Below, one piece after another: positions 29,030 through 39,228 of a DNA stretch of 64,000 nt. Position 1 is the stretch's first letter. Every line of letters begins with the position of its first letter. The stretch lies in contig MNWW01000067.1 of assembly GCA_001871415.1 (NCBI GenBank), positions 1-64,000 of the forward strand, in the 5' to 3' direction. The notes under the pieces were generated by a model that searched no databases, was not told the origin of the DNA, and saw only the letters and a program-made list of their open reading frames with translations. A program made the translations under genes and the position numbers. The stretch comes from Candidatus Woesearchaeota archaeon CG1_02_57_44. GTDB lineage: Archaea > Nanobdellota > Nanobdellia > Woesearchaeales > CG1-02-57-44.

Positions 29030-30469
29030 TCATCTGTCAATCGCTTCTGCCCGCTCTTTCACGCACTCCACAAAGAGCTCCGCGCGTTCGAGCGGCACCT
29101 GCGCTCCGGCGGCATTGGCGTGGCCGCCCACTTCTGCCTGCGTGTCCTCGCCTGCCTTAGCATTCAGGTCCGCGATGACCGCAGCGAGGAACTCACGGAG
29201 ATTGCGCTCTTCCTTGTGTTTTGATTCCTCCTCTGGTCGGCTGCCGCTGTTTCTCGGCGCTTTTCTGATGCTCACCTTCAACAGCTTCTCCTGGTCGGCG
29301 ATGCCCAGCACCATCGTGCCTTCAGAGAACCTTCCTGAGCGAGAGATGATACTGGCCACGGTACCGATGACCGTGTGGCCGATGACGCCGCGGCCGTCGA
29401 TGATGATGATGTTCGCATCACCGGGTCGTTCGATCGCCGGCACATGCTCCTCTGTCCATCGCACGGCTTCCATTATCTTCTTGCGATAGATAGTCACTTC
29501 GCGCAGCGCGCGCATGGTCAGATGCTTGTCGCCGAGCAGCGCGCCGATGCCCAGCGAAGCCTTGCCGAGCCTGCCGCAGGCGTTGAGCAGGGTGGCGAAT
29601 TCCCGAGCGTCTCTCGTCGAGCTGCCGGGCTTCTGCTGCGGAAGGATATAGACCGGCCCGATGATGTCCTCGGGATGCTGTTCGCCATGGCGGCGGAGGA
29701 TGATGCCTGCCACCAGATCCTTCATGTCGTCCTTGCTCAGGTCAGCCGCCTTCTTCCAGCCGCTGCCTTTCCGCAGGTCGATGCCCAGCTCGGTCAGGAA
29801 CTGTATAGCGCCGGACTCATTGCCTGAGACGCCGGGGATATAGTAGTCCATGCTGTATTCCAACAGCTTGTGCAATGGTCTTGTCTGCGCGCCGAAAAAG
29901 CGAAGCCCTTGCTGCACCTCCATGGTGCCGGTTGCGACAGCATCAGCAAGGATCGCCTTGTTGAGGCCAGTGAATCCCTTGTCCTCCTGGATGTCGCCCA
30001 GCGCTCCGATAATGGCGATGACCGCGAGGTCCTTGTTCTGGGCAGAGAGATCGCGGGCGAACAGGTAGGCGACGCCTGCACCGCTTATCTCCTTGCCGCC
30101 GTCGATGCCGAAACAATGCGGATTCACCTGCCAGATTCCTTCAGGCCTCGCCTGCAGCTCATGGTGGTCCAGGATATAGACCTGACGATCAGCAAGGAGC
30201 TCCCTGATGTCCTCGATCTGGCCTGAGCCAAGGTCGCAGAACACAAATACCTGATGCTGCTCTTTGGCGAACTGCTCGATGAGCTCGCGGCGCAGCTGGG
30301 GGACGATAGTGAGCGCGTATCTCCTGTTGTCACGCAGCAGCGCTGAGACCATGATGGCCGCGGCGCTGATGCCGTCGGCGTCATGATGGCTCACGAGGCG
30401 GAGCGTCTCGGTCCTGGGCAGCGCGGCAAACGAGGCTGCCGCCTGTCTGCAGTAGTCTGCAAAACCCAT
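29030..30469 (-). CDS. RecJ-like DHH exonuclease
   Basis: HHDADG, DLGSG, LDHH, GGHANAAGA; adjacent to rps15 as in many archaea. Confidence 0.92.
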   Translation of the reverse strand: MGFADYCRQAAASFAALPRTETLRLVSHHDADGISAAAIMVSALLRDNRRYALTIVPQLRRELIEQFAKEQHQVFVFCDLGSGQIEDIRELLADRQVYILDHHELQARPEGIWQVNPHCFGIDGGKEISGAGVAYLFARDLSAQNKDLAVIAIIGALGDIQEDKGFTGLNKAILADAVATGTMEVQQGLRFFGAQTRPLHKLLEYSMDYYIPGVSGNESGAIQFLTELGIDLRKGSGWKKAADLSKDDMKDLVAGIILRRHGEQHPEDIIGPVYILPQQKPGSSTRDAREFATLLNACGRLGKASLGIGALLGDKHLTMRALREVTIYRKKIMEAVRWTEEHVPAIERPGDANIIIIDGRGVIGHTVIGTVASIISRSGRFSEGTMVLGIADQEKLLKVSIRKAPRNSGSRPEEESKHKEERNLREFLAAVIADLNAKAGEDTQAEVGGHANAAGAQVPLERAELFVECVKERAEAIDR

Positions 30470-30471
30470 GC

Positions 30472-30927
30472 TCACTCGACCAGGAGCTTCATCTTCTCTG
30501 GATCGTATGCCCACGTCTTGGCGAGCCGGCCGGTGCGCTGGTAGTATTTCACCAGGCGGCGGATCTTTGACTCGGTCAGGGTAAGGCCACGCTTCGCCGT
30601 GTTGTCCTTCCGGTAATTCGCGTTGTGCTTGCGGATGAGCAGGGCCTTCTTGATGAGCGCCATCATGTCATCAGGGATATCCGGAGATTGTTTTCTGGCT
30701 GCTAGAATCTGGCTGACACTCTTGCCCGCGGTGAGCTTGACTGAGGGGATGCCGTAGGTATCGCGAAGCTCAACGCCTATCTGCGCGGCGGTCTTCTTGT
30801 CCTTGGCCATCTTAGACACAAGAACTTCGACTTCCTTTGCCTTGTAACGTATCCAGACGGGCTTAGACTGTCCTATTGGCTTTGAAGAACCAGATTTACC
30901 TTTCTTTCTCGAATGCATCCTTGCCAT
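30472..30927 (-). CDS. rps15: 30S ribosomal protein uS15 (archaeal)
   Basis: MARMHSRKKGKSGS, LRDTYGIP, ESKIRRLVKYY. Confidence 0.98.
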   Translation of the reverse strand: MARMHSRKKGKSGSSKPIGQSKPVWIRYKAKEVEVLVSKMAKDKKTAAQIGVELRDTYGIPSVKLTAGKSVSQILAARKQSPDIPDDMMALIKKALLIRKHNANYRKDNTAKRGLTLTESKIRRLVKYYQRTGRLAKTWAYDPEKMKLLVE

Positions 30928-31023
30928 GTTCTCACCCGGTATGGTCAAGCTCAGGGCCGGACCATCCTTGATGGAACCCGAAAACAGTGGTTGATTTATA
31001 AATCTAGCGGGTATTCCGGGGGT

Positions 31024-31941
31024 ATGGCGCTTGGGCTATCGGGGGGCATTCCTATAGGTCTGGTGTATGCCCTGCTGAGCATGGCGGGCTATGGTAGCTA
31101 CCTCGTCTTCGCGAAATCGGCGACAGCGAGGCATGGCTCTGTCGTGGCGTCAACGGCTATACATGGCATAGGGTTGCTCCTTATCGCGGCGATGGCTTCC
31201 AGATACTTGTATGTCCCTAGCATAGCTCTGTTGGGGCTTATCATCGCGACAGGTCTCATCGGTGCTGCTGGCGTGTATCTGCAGTTCCTCGCTGTGCAGG
31301 TAGGCGATATCGCCATCGTCTCTCCCTTATCCAACATGGGCGGATTCTTCATCCTACTGCTTGGGGTCGTGTTCCTTGGCGAGCGGTACTCGGGGGTGGT
31401 GTATGCTGGTGCAGTGGTCGTGTTGCTCGGTGTGCTGTTGGCGCTGGTGCGCGGTCCGGCTGTCCAAGCATCAGACACGGGTCGTGGCGACGGGCGCGTG
31501 AAGCATGGCAGATTTGGCGGTCGGGTCATCACGCCCGGGGCGCTTCCTGCAGTCGGATTCAGTCTTATCCTCGCGTTGTATGGCACCTTGTCAAAGATGG
31601 TCGTCGATGAGCTCGGCGGCATCGTCTCCGCGTTCTGGCTAGAGCTTGCGGTGCTGCTGTGGTTGCTGCCTTTTGCTGTCCGGGCCATGATGCAGCTGGA
31701 GCGCAGGGATGTGCGGCCATTGTTCATCGCAGGGCTGCTTTTCGGCATCGGCTCAGGATTCCTCTATCCTGCGATAGGGCTCATCGGTCTTGGTCTCACC
31801 GGCAGCATCATCCAGGCGGCGCCCATCATCGGGGTCACGCTCGCGTATGTGCTGCTCAAGGAGCGGCTCGCCAAGTGGCAGTGGGTGGGTGTATTGTGCA
31901 CCATCGCGGGCATGCTCGCCATCGTGGTCGCGAGCGCGTGA
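31024..31941 (+). CDS. EamA/DMT family transporter
   Basis: About 10 TM segments in two repeats ending in LGE and LKE. Confidence 0.9.
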   Translation: MALGLSGGIPIGLVYALLSMAGYGSYLVFAKSATARHGSVVASTAIHGIGLLLIAAMASRYLYVPSIALLGLIIATGLIGAAGVYLQFLAVQVGDIAIVSPLSNMGGFFILLLGVVFLGERYSGVVYAGAVVVLLGVLLALVRGPAVQASDTGRGDGRVKHGRFGGRVITPGALPAVGFSLILALYGTLSKMVVDELGGIVSAFWLELAVLLWLLPFAVRAMMQLERRDVRPLFIAGLLFGIGSGFLYPAIGLIGLGLTGSIIQAAPIIGVTLAYVLLKERLAKWQWVGVLCTIAGMLAIVVASA

Positions 31942-31972
31942 GTGGCGTTACTATTGCTCTTTCCAGAAAGCG

Positions 31973-32995
31973 CTACTCTGATCGTCTCATCCTCATGAAC
32001 GTGTCCGTGCCAAGACGTCTTGATTCTATCAATCGAAATCCGGGCTCCTTATTGAACGCTCTTACGCCGCCAGGCAGCAGCCTCGGCGAGACATACAGGC
32101 GCAGCTCATCGATGGCATCGGCTGCGAGGAAGGATTCGTAGATGTCTGCTCCTCCCTCGACGAGCAGTCTTGCTATGCCACGCGATGCCAGGTCGGCAAG
32201 GACGGCATGGATGTCATGCGGGTCTATCGCGACGAGCTTCGCACCATGCTGTTGCAGCGCGGAGACATGGGCCGCGTCAGTATGCTTGCAATAGGCGAGC
32301 GCATTGCTGTCGCGCAGTACTTTGGCGTCTGGGGGGATGTCGCATCCCAGGATGACTCTTGTGATGCCCCGCTCGCTGGCGAGTTCAGGATCATCTACAC
32401 GCACGGTGTTGGCTCCGACGAGGATGGCGTCAAAGCTGTTGCGCTGCTTCTTGCTATGCTCCAGGGCTTCTGGACAGCTGATGGTCGTTCGCATGCCTTT
32501 GGCTTCTGCGATATTGCCGTCAAGGGATGTCGCGGCCTTGAGCACTACCCAGGGAGCAGATGTGGTGGCGTACTTCAGCCACGACGCGAGGAATGTGTCG
32601 CATCCTGTCGGCAGCGCGCGCTCGACAAGGATGCCTGCCTTGCGCAGACGCTCTGCTCCGCCATGGGTCGGGTCTGCTGTTCCATAGACAAGCTTGCTGA
32701 TGCCCGCGGCGATGATGGCGCTGGTGCAAGGTGGCGTCCTGCCCTGATGATCGCAAGGCTCGAGCGTGACGATGAGTGTCGCTCCTTTGGCATGTGTTCC
32801 GGCGCGTGCTAATGCTGTGGGTTCAGCGTGCGGGGTGCCCGGGCCTTTGTGGAATCCTTCGCCTATGACTTTGCTGTCCTTGACGATGACGCAACCGACC
32901 TGCGGATTGGGGGAGCAGTATGCTTGCGCTGCCAGTTGCAGCGCTCTGCGCATGTGTCTATCGTATCGACCTGTGATGGTGAGTGGTGTCGTCAT
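31973..32995 (-). CDS. ribD: bifunctional riboflavin deaminase/reductase
   Basis: PNPQVG, HAE, TLEPC.H.GRTPPC, SLDG, VEGG. Confidence 0.95.
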   Translation of the reverse strand: MTTPLTITGRYDRHMRRALQLAAQAYCSPNPQVGCVIVKDSKVIGEGFHKGPGTPHAEPTALARAGTHAKGATLIVTLEPCDHQGRTPPCTSAIIAAGISKLVYGTADPTHGGAERLRKAGILVERALPTGCDTFLASWLKYATTSAPWVVLKAATSLDGNIAEAKGMRTTISCPEALEHSKKQRNSFDAILVGANTVRVDDPELASERGITRVILGCDIPPDAKVLRDSNALAYCKHTDAAHVSALQQHGAKLVAIDPHDIHAVLADLASRGIARLLVEGGADIYESFLAADAIDELRLYVSPRLLPGGVRAFNKEPGFRLIESRRLGTDTFMRMRRSE

Positions 32996-33074
32996 GGTTT
33001 CTCTCAAAGGGATGCAATACGTTGCATTACGAGGACGTTATCGGTATGGAAGGTGATTCTCCGTGTGGTTCTTG

Positions 33075-33521
33075 CTATCTGCAGAGCAGCAGCGCAGCGT
33101 CGACAGCGCGGCGGGCGTGCGGCACGGCGCGCGCTCTTGCTTGGGCGAGCCTCATGCGCGGTCCGGTGATGCCGAACCCGACTGGCTTGTCGTGCTGCAT
33201 CTGCAGCTCGAGCAGTTGCTTGGCCACAGCGCTGCCGATGACTTCATCATGGCTAGTGGCTCCCTGCAGGATGGTGCCGAGGACGACGACCGCGTCGATG
33301 TTTTTCTGCTTGAGGAGACGGCTTGCGGCAAGCGGCGTCTCATAGGCGCCGGGCACGGTGACGATTGGTCCTAGCAGGGCGCCATGGCTGATGATGCGCT
33401 GCTTCGCTGCGTCGAGCATGGTCTTCGCTATGTCGATGTGGAATGTGGCGGAGACGATGCCGACGCGTTTGCCCTTGGCGTGGGGGATGGTCGGAATCCG
33501 TTCTGCTTCAAGTCGGTTCAT
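33075..33521 (-). CDS. ribH: 6,7-dimethyl-8-ribityllumazine synthase
   Basis: VPGAYE.P, G.T.HD, PVGFG. Confidence 0.92.
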   Translation of the reverse strand: MNRLEAERIPTIPHAKGKRVGIVSATFHIDIAKTMLDAAKQRIISHGALLGPIVTVPGAYETPLAASRLLKQKNIDAVVVLGTILQGATSHDEVIGSAVAKQLLELQMQHDKPVGFGITGPRMRLAQARARAVPHARRAVDAALLLCR

Positions 33522-33597
33522 ATCGGTCACCTGGTCTTTGTGGATAGTGTTCCTATGATGGTACTTATTGTGGTCGCTATGGTCACACGCTCTTGGT

Positions 33598-34116
33598 TCA
33601 TATGGGCCCTGCGTCTGGCGCTCCTTGCCGTCTGCCTGTTCCTGCCCGCTCACGCAACGCGTCTTTGCCTTGCAGCATCGCGATGGCGTTTCGCGCGTGC
33701 TTGACGGTGCGGTCCTTCATCGTGGCGCTGAGCTGTTTGGGCGTCGATGCTTCTGCCTCGAACACCATGACGCCGAGGATGTGATGATTAGTCATCAGCT
33801 GCGCCTGTATGATGCCCATGCTTGCCTCATGCGCGCACTTGCTGTCGATGGCAGCGCCGCCGACATGGCCTAACGCTAGGACGATGTCGCAGTGATGCTC
33901 CTCGATGAGTTTTTTTGCGGCCACCGGCAGGTCCTTGATGCCTGGTACGGTGTAGCGCACGATGCGCACCTTCGGAGCCTCACGCCTGATGGTGTTCTCG
34001 GCCATCGTTCCCATATCGACGCGCGCAAAGGTCGTGTCGACGATGCCGATGGAGCCGGTGATCCGATTCATCGTTGGACTCTTGTTGTGTCTCTGTTTCG
34101 TGACTGCTTGTCTCAT
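33598..34116 (-). CDS. ribC: archaeal-type riboflavin synthase
   Basis: GIVDTTFARVDMG, TVPGIKDLP, AHEAS. Confidence 0.93.
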   Translation of the reverse strand: MRQAVTKQRHNKSPTMNRITGSIGIVDTTFARVDMGTMAENTIRREAPKVRIVRYTVPGIKDLPVAAKKLIEEHHCDIVLALGHVGGAAIDSKCAHEASMGIIQAQLMTNHHILGVMVFEAEASTPKQLSATMKDRTVKHARNAIAMLQGKDALRERAGTGRRQGAPDAGPI

Positions 34117-34183
34117 GGCATCTGCCCTCCGTATCAGGCCTGAATCGATTTTTCTTGTCTGTCATTTCTGGACTGCGATGTCC

Positions 34184-34924
34184 TCAGTGAAGATCTCCTG
34201 TTGTATGCAACATGAGCGTATCGCCGTCTGCAAGGTCCAATGCCCTGCGCAGGTTCATTAGCGCTATTATCTCGATGATGGTGTCAGGATGCGATGTGCG
34301 CTCTGGCCGGATGATAGCGACCTGATATCCTTCTGACGCATGCGATGCCGCCCGTCTCCTTGTTGTTTTCCTCGCCGGCCTCACGGACTTTTTGGTCATC
34401 GTGCAGGGATATAGAGTGAACCCTCCAAATGTGCGGTCTTTTCTCTGGAACCCCATTACCACTATCGGGCGCAGGGTATCAAGAAACGTTGCGGTCTCTG
34501 TCGCGGCAACCTGTAGGTTCAGCGTTCCAGCAAACGGTGTGAATCCTGCGGCCTTGTTGATGACTTCGCGATATTCCTCCTGCGAGAGATAGAAGCGTCC
34601 TTCACCAAGACCACTCACCAGCGTTCCGCTGAGCGCTGATTGCGCGATGGAACTGCCGGCCAGCTGCCGGGCATAGGACTGCAATTTTTTTCTTCCCTTC
34701 AGCGTCAGACAGAGCCGCACGCCCTGCGGGCTGGTCTGATTGCTGATGAGCCCTACGGATGCGGCTTTTCGTAGCTGCAGCGAGGCTGCCTGCTGGCTGA
34801 TGGACAATGCGGATGCGACAGCGCTGGTGGTAGTCTGCCAGGTTGCTGTCTCCTGTGCAGGCTTTCTTGTGGCCGCGTTGCGTGCTATGAGCGCGAGCAG
34901 CGGTGCGCACTTCGCGATATCCAT
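34184..34924 (-). CDS. rbkR: HTH-fused CTP-dependent riboflavin kinase / regulator
   Basis: N-terminal wHTH (SQQAAS), SGLGEG, PFAGTLN, P.RT.H, EII..NLR. Confidence 0.9.
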   Translation of the reverse strand: MDIAKCAPLLALIARNAATRKPAQETATWQTTTSAVASALSISQQAASLQLRKAASVGLISNQTSPQGVRLCLTLKGRKKLQSYARQLAGSSIAQSALSGTLVSGLGEGRFYLSQEEYREVINKAAGFTPFAGTLNLQVAATETATFLDTLRPIVVMGFQRKDRTFGGFTLYPCTMTKKSVRPARKTTRRRAASHASEGYQVAIIRPERTSHPDTIIEIIALMNLRRALDLADGDTLMLHTTGDLH

Positions 34925-34962
34925 CGAGTGTCGGAGCGCATGGTTACTTATATTCTTTATGC

Positions 34963-34978
34963 TACCAATTTTTTGGTA
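34963..34978. promoter_or_regulatory. palindromic operator candidate upstream of the rib operon
   Basis: TACCAA-TTTT-TTGGTA just upstream of the minus-strand TATA element (~34947-34954). Confidence 0.55.
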
Positions 34979-35263
34979 ACTGGAGTGCGCTATTTTTGTA
35001 GTGTGTTATTGTAGTGATTGTACTAATTGGCCGCTCAGCGTGAGTTTTCGCAGTCTGGTCTGGGAATGGTGGGAGATGGGTCTGGAATGAATGGGACAGT
35101 TGCAGACCTGTAGTGTATTCCTTCGTGATGCTACTCATAAGAGGCATCCCTGCTGCTGCGCACGGCTCTGGATGATGCGGGTTTCGTGCCTATTGGTCAA
35201 AGATTTTCTATCCATCAAAAACTATATTAATGAACTGCGACCTGAGAAGGACAAGAAGGGAAT

Positions 35264-35343
35264 CATGGCGAAGAAGTCCGCCATGGCGCGACGCAGCCGC
35301 TCCGGTGTCGCAGCCAGAACTGCCTCATTGCTGATGACTTCTG
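35264..35343 (+). ncRNA. fluoride (crcB) riboswitch
   Basis: P1 catggcg/cgccatg, pseudoknot gaagtc/gacttc, AACTGC...GCTGATGAC; upstream of crcB. Confidence 0.85.
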
Positions 35344-35423
35344 TGCATGTTTAAGCAGGAGGAGGCATCGCGCAAATCCCGGAGATCGCATGCGCATGGC
35401 TCTTGACAGAAGGTGAACACATC

Positions 35424-35801
35424 ATGTACATCCCATTGTTGGTCGGGCTCGGGGGATTTATCGGTGCTATTATGCGCTATGCCGTCGGGGGGTGGATACA
35501 GAACAGTGTGGTGAGCTTTCCTCTGGGCACGTTTGGTGTCAATGTCCTCGGTAGCTATCTGCTTGCCCTGGTGATGTATCTCTCTGAATACACGGGCATG
35601 GTCAATGCGGAGGTGCGTGTGTTCTTTGGCATAGGCATGCTCGGCGCGTTCACGACCATGTCGACGTTCAGCTATGAGTCTTTCCGGCTGCTCGAGCGTC
35701 ATGAGCTATTGCTGTTCAGCGCAAATGTTATAGGCACTCTTGTATTCACGATGGCTGCGGTATATCTTGGCCGCCTGACGGTCATGCACTATTGGAGATG
35801 A
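35424..35801 (+). CDS. crcB: fluoride channel Fluc/CrcB
   Basis: GGFIGA..RY, PLGTF.VN..G, GAFTTMSTF..E. Confidence 0.96.
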   Translation: MYIPLLVGLGGFIGAIMRYAVGGWIQNSVVSFPLGTFGVNVLGSYLLALVMYLSEYTGMVNAEVRVFFGIGMLGAFTTMSTFSYESFRLLERHELLLFSANVIGTLVFTMAAVYLGRLTVMHYWR

Positions 35802-35816
35802 TGGAGGGGATAGGCA

Positions 35817-36167
35817 ATGAACAAATCATCTGAAGCCGTGCTGCTTCGTATCTTCATCGGCGAGTCTGACGAGCACCAGGGCAAGAAGCTCTACCGGCAC
35901 ATCATCGAGAGGCTCAAGAAAGAGGGCATAGCAGGCGCGACCGTGCTGCGTGGCATCGAAGGTTTCGGCAAGACCAGTCACATCCACACGAACTCCATCC
36001 TGCGACTATCAACGGACATGCCTATCGTCATCGAGGTCACGGACACCAAAGAGAACATCGCTCGCGTGCGGCCGTTCCTGGACTCTGTCATCAAGGAAGG
36101 ACTCATGACTGAAGAGAAGGTCAGGATCATCTTCTACGAGGGCAATAAGAAGGACACCACGACCTAA
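35817..36167 (+). CDS. DUF190 (PII-like) protein
   Basis: LRIFIGESD, GATVLRGIEGFG, DMPIVIE; common crcB neighbour. Confidence 0.92.
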   Translation: MNKSSEAVLLRIFIGESDEHQGKKLYRHIIERLKKEGIAGATVLRGIEGFGKTSHIHTNSILRLSTDMPIVIEVTDTKENIARVRPFLDSVIKEGLMTEEKVRIIFYEGNKKDTTT

Positions 36168-36269
36168 GGTCTTGCTTGTTCTCTTGACCAGAAGCAGAAC
36201 CTGCCTCTTGTGTATTTTCTAAATCTTCTACAAGGTGCGTGTGACGCTCTTTTCTGTCAGCGTGGTGGA

Positions 36270-38036
36270 TCATTCCACCACATAGAATGGCACTTGTCCC
36301 TTTGGCGTGTCATAGACCGTCGCCTGCTTGCCTGCGTGGCTCGCGATGGGATTCTGCATGAAGTCTGTGAGATTGGAAGTGCCTCCTTTCTGCAGCACCA
36401 GATGCACCGGTATCGTCCCCTGTCCGCTCTGCAGCAGGCCGATCTGCACCAGGCGATAGTTATCCTGCACATATTGGAAAATGTCAGGGTTCTGCATGAC
36501 ACTCGGCATGCCCTGGCCCTGGATGTGGATGTAGAGCCAGCTGAAATTCAGGTCATCCTCCCCGTGCATGAACTGCGTCTCGTTGTTGACCAGGCCTGCG
36601 CAACGCCTGTCGGCCAGGAAACAGACGCCGTAAGACTGCGGATTGAACGTCGCGACCCAGAAGCGCTCGCTCGTATTGCTGTTGGCATGGATGTAGTCCG
36701 CGGCGACGTCTAGGCCATAGAAGATGACACCATATTGCCTATCCAGGCTAGCCTGGACCTGGGCATGCGACAGGGGGATGAGGATGAGTGGAATGAATAT
36801 GGCCAGTTTCCAGCGAGAGCCTTGCGCGAGGAACTTGCCCATGACATACAGGGCATAGGCGCTCGCGAGTATGACCAACGGGAGGAAAGGCATCTGGTAA
36901 TAATTATGGCCTTTGATGAAATCGGCCAGCACCATAGCGTAGGGGATGATGGCGAGGACATAGAGAAGCAGGAACCTGCCGAGCTTGGTGCGGTACTTGA
37001 AGAGCACCAGGATGATGCCGATGATAAAGAACCAGACAAACCACATGGTATAATTGTCCGTGATATATGAGCGCATGATGTCAGAGAATTGGTTCCAGTA
37101 ATCAGGCGTGAAGATGCGCCAGAGATTGACACGTGAGAACGTCGCCTCGAAGACTGCCTGCTTGGTGTTGAGAAGCGGTGCGAGTGCTGTCCAGAGCAGC
37201 AGGGGCGAGAGGCCGGCGAGGAGGGCAAGCAGGGGCCTTGACGTAGTCAACCAGAAATCCTTCTTCAGCAGTGCGCGGTATGGGAAGAATCCCAGCCAGG
37301 GTATCATGATGATGAGGAACGTGTACTTGAAGATGCCGGTCAGTGCGATAGCCAATCCGAGCCAGATGCTGTTCTTGACGCTCATATCATCGAGCCACCG
37401 CAGGTAGAGGACGCTGGCGAGCAGCATGAAGAAGAGCGCCGGGCTCTCGGGCTGGATGTTCCTGCCGAAGAAGATGTTCAGCGGCAGGTATGCCATGAGG
37501 AATGCGGAGAGCAGGGAGATATAGTCGCTCTTGGTCAGGCGCTGCGCGAGCAGATAGATCATCACCACCGAACCGAGCGAGAAGAGTATCATGATGACCC
37601 TCGCCGACCAGAAATGGATGCCGAAGACACGCCAGGAGAGCTCTATCATCCATGGTATGATGGGCATCTGCGGATACTCCTCAAAGTATCCGGGACCGTC
37701 ATCAAGGCCGAGGATGTGCATCTGCCTTCGCAGGTAGTCCCCATGGTTGTATTGGTTGAGCGCCTGGCTGAGATACTCGTTCTCCTTCATGTTATGATAG
37801 CCGATGCTTGGAAAGTCCATATGATACGAGCGCCAGGACCAGCCGACGATGAGAAAGACGATGATGAGCGCCCAGCGCCAGTCGATTTTTTTCAAGCGGG
37901 ATAAATCGATGCCAAGGTCGGCGTCCTCAGAAGCAGCATCCTTGATCTGAGGGCCTTTCTGATGCTGGTTCTTATGCGGATCTTCATCGCTATCACTGTG
38001 ATGCTTTCGGTCGTGATGCTCGTCACTCTCCCCCAT
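36270..38036 (-). CDS. ArnT/PMT-like (GT-C) membrane glycosyltransferase
   Basis: Polytopic; SAR after the first loop, QPE, K.TF, HNYYQ..P. Confidence 0.85.
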   Translation of the reverse strand: MGESDEHHDRKHHSDSDEDPHKNQHQKGPQIKDAASEDADLGIDLSRLKKIDWRWALIIVFLIVGWSWRSYHMDFPSIGYHNMKENEYLSQALNQYNHGDYLRRQMHILGLDDGPGYFEEYPQMPIIPWMIELSWRVFGIHFWSARVIMILFSLGSVVMIYLLAQRLTKSDYISLLSAFLMAYLPLNIFFGRNIQPESPALFFMLLASVLYLRWLDDMSVKNSIWLGLAIALTGIFKYTFLIIMIPWLGFFPYRALLKKDFWLTTSRPLLALLAGLSPLLLWTALAPLLNTKQAVFEATFSRVNLWRIFTPDYWNQFSDIMRSYITDNYTMWFVWFFIIGIILVLFKYRTKLGRFLLLYVLAIIPYAMVLADFIKGHNYYQMPFLPLVILASAYALYVMGKFLAQGSRWKLAIFIPLILIPLSHAQVQASLDRQYGVIFYGLDVAADYIHANSNTSERFWVATFNPQSYGVCFLADRRCAGLVNNETQFMHGEDDLNFSWLYIHIQGQGMPSVMQNPDIFQYVQDNYRLVQIGLLQSGQGTIPVHLVLQKGGTSNLTDFMQNPIASHAGKQATVYDTPKGQVPFYVVE

Positions 38037-38109
38037 GGCGGTGCTGGAAGGGGCGCAGTTTATAAAATTTGAGGAAGGTGGGCTGATGTGGACGCGTATG
38101 CAACTCCTG

Positions 38110-39210
38110 CTAGTTCAAGAGCAGATTGCCGTGGGTGTCAAGCGCCACGATCATATAGACGCGAGGTTGCTCTGCTCTGGCCTGTATCACGCGGTCCACC
38201 AGGTCGTCGGTGCGAAGGTTTGTGGGCCTGAAATAGGTATGCGTCGTTTCATCCAGCCAAGCGCCGGTCACGGTCCACTGAGGCAGGTTGTTGTTGCACT
38301 CCCACGGTGCTATGTACTGGATGGCGTCCTCTGCTGTGATGCCCTGACCTTTCTCTGCGGCGTGGCGTGCGATGCATTCCCGGAAGAACCCGGGAGCGCC
38401 TTCTCGCGCATAGCGGTCCGCGGTCGCGAGTGTCGCCGGGATGACTTCGGCATTGAACTGATAGATTGCTTCCTCCACTTCTGTTATGGGCTGCGCGAAG
38501 CTCTGTGTGCCGATGATGTTGACGATATTTCCATCTCTGTTCGCAGGGGACTGATACCAATCACCGAACAGACCCTTGACCGGTGAGAGGTCTATGTCGC
38601 CGCCGAAGGGATTGCCGAACGTGCGATGGTGGAACTTGTAGTTGAGCAGGATATCATTGCCTCTCTCTGGCAGGAAGCATCGCTCATCGGTCTGCAGTTG
38701 CCAGTACTGCAGGACCTTCATGCCATCGACCCTGGCGGCGAAGTCCTTGATGGCATTGTTGCTACGGTCGATGTAGAAGCCAAACCGGAACGGTCGCTGA
38801 TGCTCCAATGTCCTGAGCTCTTGGTCCATGGCTTCAGGATTGAATGGGACAGGGTGATCAAAGTCAACCTGGACCGCGCAGTCCATCCAATAAGGATTGA
38901 GCTCAACCGTGTCGATGTGCTTTGCCAGCGGGTTGCAATAGAGAGTCCGTCTGACACCCTGGAACGCAGGGTGGGCGAGCGCATCCAGCTGCGCTGCCAC
39001 CTCGTCAAGGTTGCCCGCAATCTCGGGCGCATGGCCATTGCGCTCCACGATGACGTCCCTGCCATCGTCGCTCATGGTCACCATCTTCGACCAGGAATAA
39101 GCGAATTTCAGGCGCCAGCCGGTGATGTCAAGGGGCTTCACGCGGTGGGGGACTGCGGTGAAGTTCTTATAGTTTGTGACGCTTATACATCCTGCTTTTT
39201 GTGGGGTCAT
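38110..39210 (-). CDS. hypothetical protein (366 aa)
   Basis: Long ORF starting 18 nt after the Mrr-like gene. Confidence 0.75.
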   Translation of the reverse strand: MTPQKAGCISVTNYKNFTAVPHRVKPLDITGWRLKFAYSWSKMVTMSDDGRDVIVERNGHAPEIAGNLDEVAAQLDALAHPAFQGVRRTLYCNPLAKHIDTVELNPYWMDCAVQVDFDHPVPFNPEAMDQELRTLEHQRPFRFGFYIDRSNNAIKDFAARVDGMKVLQYWQLQTDERCFLPERGNDILLNYKFHHRTFGNPFGGDIDLSPVKGLFGDWYQSPANRDGNIVNIIGTQSFAQPITEVEEAIYQFNAEVIPATLATADRYAREGAPGFFRECIARHAAEKGQGITAEDAIQYIAPWECNNNLPQWTVTGAWLDETTHTYFRPTNLRTDDLVDRVIQARAEQPRVYMIVALDTHGNLLLN

Positions 39211-39228
39211 GCGTATTGCCGACTGTCT

